Notes under the pieces: generated by a model
The model's input: the letters and a program-made list of their open reading frames with translations, nothing else
Told to the model about the DNA's origin: nothing
The model's database searches: none
Shown: in pieces, positions 53,709-60,000 of the stretch
How positions within the stretch are numbered: the stretch's first letter is position 1
Layout: each line of letters opens with the position of its first letter
Program-made: the position numbers and the translations under genes
Assembly: GCF_963921235.1 (NCBI RefSeq)
Contig: NC_086097.1
Span: 58,468,001-58,528,000 of the forward strand
DNA length: 60,000 bases
Origin: Mobula hypostoma
Taxonomy: Eukaryota
Direction of reading: 5' to 3'

Positions 53709-54399
53709 CTGACCTGCTAAATTCCTCCAGCATTTTGTGTGTGTTGCTCTGGGTTTGCAGCATCTACAGGAGTTCCTGCATTTATGCTGTGTTGTTGCTT
53801 AATTTTTATTTTGTTAGTTTGCACATGTTAATGTTTATAAATTTACTGTTTTCAAATTGGAATAAGTTTTGATAGCTATAAACATGGGTTTATTGTGAGA
53901 GGAACACTAGGAACATGAAAAAGTAATTGGGTGTATCATCAAAGTATATTAGTTATTGGAGTTATTTATCAACTTTCCTGTCAAACATTCATAATATTCT
54001 TGTATTTCCCCGAGTTTTACCTTGTATGCCGTTTGCTAGTTTTCCACCACCAGACACATTTATAAAGCAGTATGTTGGTTCCATTTGTTTTACAATGGCA
54101 TTTATAATGGATAAATTGCGCAATTTGGATATTGATGATTAGAATTTAGTTCCAAAAGAAGCTTGTTTTGTTCTACATCTTCCAGGGCAAATTAATTAAG
54201 GCATGACATTCTTCTGTCCCTCTGCTTCTCCCTTTGGTGATCGTCGAGGCAAAGTGATGCTTCCAGTAGTATTTTTGTGTAATTAAATTCACTCAGCTGT
54301 GAATTCTGCAATCTATGCAATGCATGGAGGATAATCTGATTTCTCGGATTGAATCAGTTGGCAGTTTTCACAAGAAGTTCTCTTTTTTTTAAATCCTAG

Positions 54400-54606
54400 C
54401 TTAAAGAACAAAGAGAAAGAGAGCGAAAAGCAAAGAAAGCAAAAGAAGGCAGTGAGGAAGGAGGAGAATTTGATGACCTGGTTTCGGCTCTACGTTCAGG
54501 AGAAGTTTTCGATAAAGATTTTAAGCTCAAGCGCAACCGGAAACGTGTCAGCAGCCAAGTGACAGATGGGAGTCGAGAACGACCAGCCATGAAGCTCAAC
54601 TACTAA
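54400..54606 (+). CDS. DAAM1: DAAM1 last coding exon (DAD autoregulatory motif and basic tail)
   Basis: cctag|[71 protein letters not shown]. Confidence 0.96.
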   Translation, partial: LKEQRERERKAKKAKEGSEEGGEFDDLVSALRSGEVFDKDFKLKRNRKRVSSQVTDGSRERPAMKLNY

Positions 54607-56400
54607 GCCATCATCTGTAGTACAGAATTATGGCTGTGCGTCAGCTAACTTATGTGTTACTATCCTGTTGTGATCCTGTTCACCAATTATCCTGCCTACT
54701 GGCCCTATTAGTGGCTGCTGCTCTTCACAGCAGGCTCCTTTTCCACTTTGTAGCTGGGTTTTGCATGCACCACTATTAATAAGAACTTTATTTTATGTGG
54801 TGCTGAAGCACAGGAAACATTGGAGCATTCCAAGGATTTGCACATCAGATGAATACAACTAGATGTCCATGATTTTTGTAATAAAAATATATCCTTCCAC
54901 AATGCCTCACTACGTAAGCATTGCATCGCAACTTGTCCCAAATGGATGAAAGATGGTGCTGACACAATAAGGAGATGTGTGGAACTGGTGATTATTTTGA
55001 TGTGAATCTGACATGAATAAAGCATGCTGGAAAGACAGTGTTGACTTAAATAAGTGAAGTTTAGAAGGAACAGTTTAAGTATGTTTTTCTGAAGACCCTT
55101 GAACATCTGTGGCTTTTGACCTGTTTCCAAGGAATTGAGTGATTTCCCTTGATCATTTTTAAAAATGATTCTTATTTTGAAAATACTTTATTTTAAACAT
55201 CATTTTCTCAAACTATTTTCATGACTGAAAATAAGTATGATCGTGGAAATGCAAATATAGATGTTATCTTGGTGATATCCAGATCGTTTCTGTTTTTATA
55301 TAAAACATTCCATAATTAATGTGGATGAAAGGGTTCTCTAAAGGGCAATGACAAATTGAACCTTTATTCTTGCTGCTGGCAGCTCTACAGCAGGACCATA
55401 ACCAGACACAAAATATAGTTGAAGTGTTTCTATTCAGTTATATTGGTGGAGGAGGTTAGGGAAGGGTGGGGGGTGGGGAGGGCAGGGTCATGTAGAGTGG
55501 TGAATTTTGACTAAAAGAAGAAATAAACTGTGTGTACTTGAAACTTGAATAACAAATGACATTCAATGTCTAATTAACTGGCAATTACCGTCTGAAAAAG
55601 GTTATTATAAATAGGCTGTGTGAATAATAAAGGACAATCGAAATCTACAGCCTATTTGTATTTGGGCGTATTTGGAAAGTGGAAAGTGGTTTCAAACATA
55701 ATATATATTCAAATACTGTAGCAAATACATCAAATTTTCTAGCCAAATCGTAAAGCATTCATTTGGTAACAACCAACGAGCCTTTCTCCGTAACCAAAGT
55801 GCCTGCAAACAGGTTTGTGTTTATGAATAGGGCTCACTCTTACTTTTCTTATTCTGGCTCTGATGTTTTGTTTTAAAATTGTTTGGACACTGTACAGTTT
55901 AAACTATTGGCTTGGGGAAGTAAGTGTTCTGATTGGTCCTGTAAAGAGTGAGAACACAATAAAGGCATAGATCTGACTCTTTGTGTGCGTATGTGTGTGT
56001 GTATACGCGTGTGTGTGTGTGCGTGCGCGTGCATGTGCACGTATGTCCCTGTGTCCTTCCTGTCAGACTTCGATACATCACTTTGCTTTCCTTTCCGGAA
56101 TGGAAGTGTGAAAGCAGTTCCATTGTGCCACTGTTATAAGAATGTTTTAGATTGGTGCTGGTTCAGGTAGAAGCTTGTTTGTTTCTTGGGTTTATTTAAC
56201 AAATATTTTCAACAATGCCAAAAATGGTTATAATATTTGTAAACAAGAATGTACACTAAGGATCTCATTTGTTTGGTAATTTAGTGGGATGTCATTTAAT
56301 ACAAGTGTGAGCAGTCACAAATGCCATGTACCTTTATGACTTGTGAAATCCATAATGGTAAAATGCAATAAAGTAGTTGAACCATTGTTTTCTCCACTGT
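54607..56400 (+). other. DAAM1: Probable DAAM1 3' UTR (end uncertain)
   Basis: Repeat-poor sequence after the stop codon with several AATAAA hexamers (about 55016, 55521, 55626, 55958, 56367). Confidence 0.45.
55982..56046. repeat. (GT)n/(GC)n alternating purine-pyrimidine microsatellite
   Basis: Directly visible. Confidence 0.9.
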
Positions 56401-57310
56401 GTCAAAAATGCTAATTTGTTAAACTGTAGCTACCACTACATCTCACAAATCTTCAGTGCTGATGTGTTATGACCCTGATTATTAATATTCCCAGGAATGG
56501 TTTTATGTGTGATTATAGTCTGTCTGTATTCATTATTGTGGTTGTGGATTAATAAGAAACTGAGCATTTTTAATACTTTTCTTAAATGGAGACTAGAATT
56601 TTCAGTACAAATAAGAGCTTTGTTTTATTTGAAAGCATTCTTTATTAGGTTGAATCAGGAACTTGTCATGCCACACTGGTAGTTTAATGTTGTTGGGCAG
56701 CCCTGATCGTTAATTGAATCATGAGTTGTTTTAGAATTATTTGGAAACGTATTAAAATCCTACTTGCATATTTTCATATATTGAAGACTTTTACATAAAA
56801 TTTGGAGTAAGTTTTAGTAATTAATTTTGATTAATGGAATGTGAAGTGTGATAAAAGTAAATCTTGACTACAATTCTAAACAATGTTCTGTCCGTGTTCT
56901 GTAGATAAGTTCATGTTACATAAAAGAGAGACAAACTTTAACTACATTAAATTCAGTTATATAGGAAACCTAACAATCTGCTGGAAGAACTGAGCCGGTC
57001 ACACAGCATCTCTGCTCAACCTGCTGAGTTCCTCCAGCAGATTGTTTATAGTTCCAGACTCCAATGTGTGTATTCTCGTGTGTCTCCATCTAAGTCACGC
57101 AGTTTGTCTAATGGACCAGTGAGTCCTTGGAATGTGTGTTCCCTGGTGTAATTGGAGCTGTCTTCCTGTCTGCCTTCAAAAGCGAGCTAAACCAGTTCTT
57201 GATGGGGGCACAAATTATATTATTTATAAAGTAATGAATATATGAGTTTTAAAAAACAATTAACTCATTTACATTACCCACTTTTTTGTTCTCTTTTTGT
57301 ACTATTTATT

Positions 57311-57385
57311 TGTGTATGTATGTGTTTGTGTGTGTGTGTATATATATATACACACACACACACACACATACAGACACATACATAC
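57311..57385. repeat. (GT)n(AT)n(AC)n microsatellite
   Basis: Directly visible. Confidence 0.9.
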
Positions 57386-58429
57386 AGCATACATTTCTTA
57401 TTGTAATTTTTTTTTTATGTATTGTACTGCTGCCGCAATTCATATTTCACTGCACTTGCCTGTGATATTAAACCTGATTCTGGTTTTTGATTTCTGAAGC
57501 ATATTACAACATCCCTTGAATTGACTTTGCTTGCTGTGAGACCACATGGTAAATGGTTTTCTGCTATGGCATTGCAGCTTAAAATAAAGCATTGGCTGGT
57601 ATTTCAGTAAGAACTGTGTAGCTATTAAAATAGTATTGGAAACAAGTATTTACTTAATTTTGAGATGTGTATCAATATCTAATCACTTCTGAAATGTTAG
57701 CTTTTAGTTCTATGCAAATTAGTGGAATAAAGCTCTTTCATTTTCAAGATCCAATATGAAATGAGCTTGGAAAATGTCATCCCAGCTAGTTGTAGCTAAA
57801 TCTAGATGTACAGTTTTTTATTTTATTTTACAGATGTTATTCTAGTACTAAATAAATTGAACAGTTATCAACTGCAAGGCTCAACTTGTAAAATCACTCA
57901 TTTAATTAAATTAATTTTATGTACATCTTACATCAACTAGGGTCTTACTGAGACCAGTCTTTCTGCAGAAAGAAGGCATTGAGATTGTTGAGATGAAGTG
58001 ATTGTACTACCAATCAGCACACACATTCTTCAGCATCAGTCCTAAAGGTTTGTGAGCTCAAATGATAACTTTCTACTGGGAACTTGAGAACATTTGTGTA
58101 TGTATGTCTGAAAATTTCAGTTCTGGTTAGAATCAGTCTAATAAATGTAATTTGTGAATAAACTATCAATTGTTTATTCCTTTGAAAATGTATAAAGGAA
58201 ATCTAAATACGGTTTCAATTTATGGTGGTTTTAGGAACTTATTTAAACAGAGTTTGGCTGTTTTCAACATTGATATTGCATTTTGCTCCTAGGTCTTCAA
58301 AACAAAACAAAAGCTGGTATACAAACATAAGTGAGGTAAAACATTCATTAATCATTTATTATTTTGACAATGAACTTAATTCAGGTTGTGTCTATTTGGG
58401 TTGAAATGTCTGAAACTAGAAGACATGCA

Positions 58430-58720
58430 TTGAATGTTGGAGAGAGTAATTTCAAAGGAGGTGTGAGAAGCAGTTGTTCCTTACAGAGTGGTGGTTACCT
58501 GGAATGCGCTGCTTCGGGTGGTGATAAAGGCAGATAGATTAGAGACTTTTAAGAGACCTTTAAATAGTCACATGAATTTCAGGAAAATGGAAGCATATGG
58601 ACACTGTGTATGCAGAATAAATTAGTTTAGTTGGCCATTTGATTACTAATTGAATTGGTTCAGCACAACACTGTAGAGAAGAGCCTGTTCCTGTGTTGCA
58701 CTGGTTTAAGTTCTATGTTC
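58430..58720 (+). mobile_element. CR1 3' fragment
   Basis: CAGAGTGGTG...CTGGAATGCGCTGC and TTCTATGTTC tail. Confidence 0.7.
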
Positions 58721-60000
58721 TGTTCCTGCCTTCTGTATGGTTCTCAGGATGTGACAAGAAGAGAAAAAAGTCAATTTTGTTTTTCTAATGCATTTTTGTG
58801 CGCAATTTGTATAACAACTGAGGATTTTATTCCAATGTGAATTTTCTTCTATTTGTGCCTTTCCTAAGTTGTTTTCATTTTATTTACAATTCTAGAATCA
58901 ATCTGTCTCTTGATCCCTTTACCTTTCGGTTCAATTTAAGAGTGCATCTTTGTACGTTAACAGGGCTATAAATTGGTATTTCTAGTTAGGCAACAGTCAG
59001 GAATTTGCTTTTGTGATCTTTGTGTTTCATTTGTGAATGCAATAATCTCCTGCCTTAAATGTTGGATTCAGATGACAGTGGCTATATAAACAAGCAGTTT
59101 ACCTCCTCCTCTGATCTTTTTTTTAACAGACTAAAGGCATCTTTAAGTCTTCTTGAAACAAATGGAATGAATTAACCTAGTTTAAGTAAGAGAATTATTG
59201 TACATGAACTTCTGATGGTTTTACCTAGCAGTGTTTGAGCTGATTGTTAATTTTGATTTTGTGACAGAATTGACTTAATCATTGAAGTCAGCATGATCTC
59301 TTGCACTAATACACAAGAAAATACAAATAACTACAAGTAACAGAGTTATGTGTGCACTCATTGTGCTCATTGGATTAAAGAAGCTACTGTTGAACTGCAG
59401 GGCACAACTGCTGGTAGTTTTTAGTCAGTTTGCACACAAATTGATCTTCTACTTTTAATCCTGAAGTGATAATTGATATTCCCACTGCTACATTACACGA
59501 TTCAAAAGGCAAAACTTTCTTAAAGTACTATTTGAGCCCAACATTTGGTGGCATCTTCAGAATCAAAAGAAATGCTGGAAAATCTGAGTTTGCCAATTCT
59601 GCCAAAACCTAAACTTCAATTAATGTGCCAGTCTGTAATTTGATAATAATCTTTTTTACTTATACTGGGTAACTTTGAATTTTGTAGTCCATCTGATTGG
59701 ATTAGCCATTCATTTTTAAAATTATTACTTTGCTTTAACCATGTATCTTTTATTTTTTTTACTTGATTTACATTTGAAAATGAAACGAATTGAAGAGCAA
59801 GAACAAAATGTTTAGCAAGAGTTCAGCAAAATTTAAATTTGTAACAGGGGGTGTAGAATACTATAAAGTTGTCTGGAGGTTTATTTTTCCTTCTCAAAGG
59901 TAAATGCAAGCAAGCTTCGTCCACTGAGGTTGGGTGAGACTACAACCAGAGGTCAGGGGTTAAAGATGAAAGGTACATGGATGGTAGTAGAGAACAGGAA

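Noticed and set aside
52579..53763. 394-aa ORF as a novel RT fusion gene
   Set aside because: The first ~18 codons come from the flanking Penelope-derived repeat read across the CR1 truncation junction; the rest is ordinary CR1 ORF2 ending at a nonsense codon just before the FADD motif

Overview
Eukaryotic (vertebrate) genomic DNA, most likely a cartilaginous fish such as a ray (inferred from the CR1/Rex-Babar/Penelope/HERO/Tc1 repeat mix, not proven). The only host gene is the 3' half of the formin DAAM1 on the + strand. Nine GT-AG coding exons (17188 to stop at 54606) splice in frame and encode the FH2 domain and the C-terminal DAD. Its upstream exons were not found in the window. The introns are full of mobile DNA: a solo LTR, a decayed Gypsy element, two Tc1 transposons (one a single stop codon from intact), Tigger, mariner and hAT MITEs, Rex-Babar, CR1 and HERO LINE pieces, and a tRNA-derived SINE. 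The last intron holds a three-level nest: a Penelope element inside a full-length L1 inside a Penelope-derived short repeat. The most interesting signals are RNA structures: minimal hammerhead ribozyme motifs at Penelope termini (one with an intact core) and a highly base-paired HERO 3' UTR with a kink-turn signature. I found no convincing wholly new protein-coding system. Family names and orthologue comparisons come from recalled motifs, not database searches.
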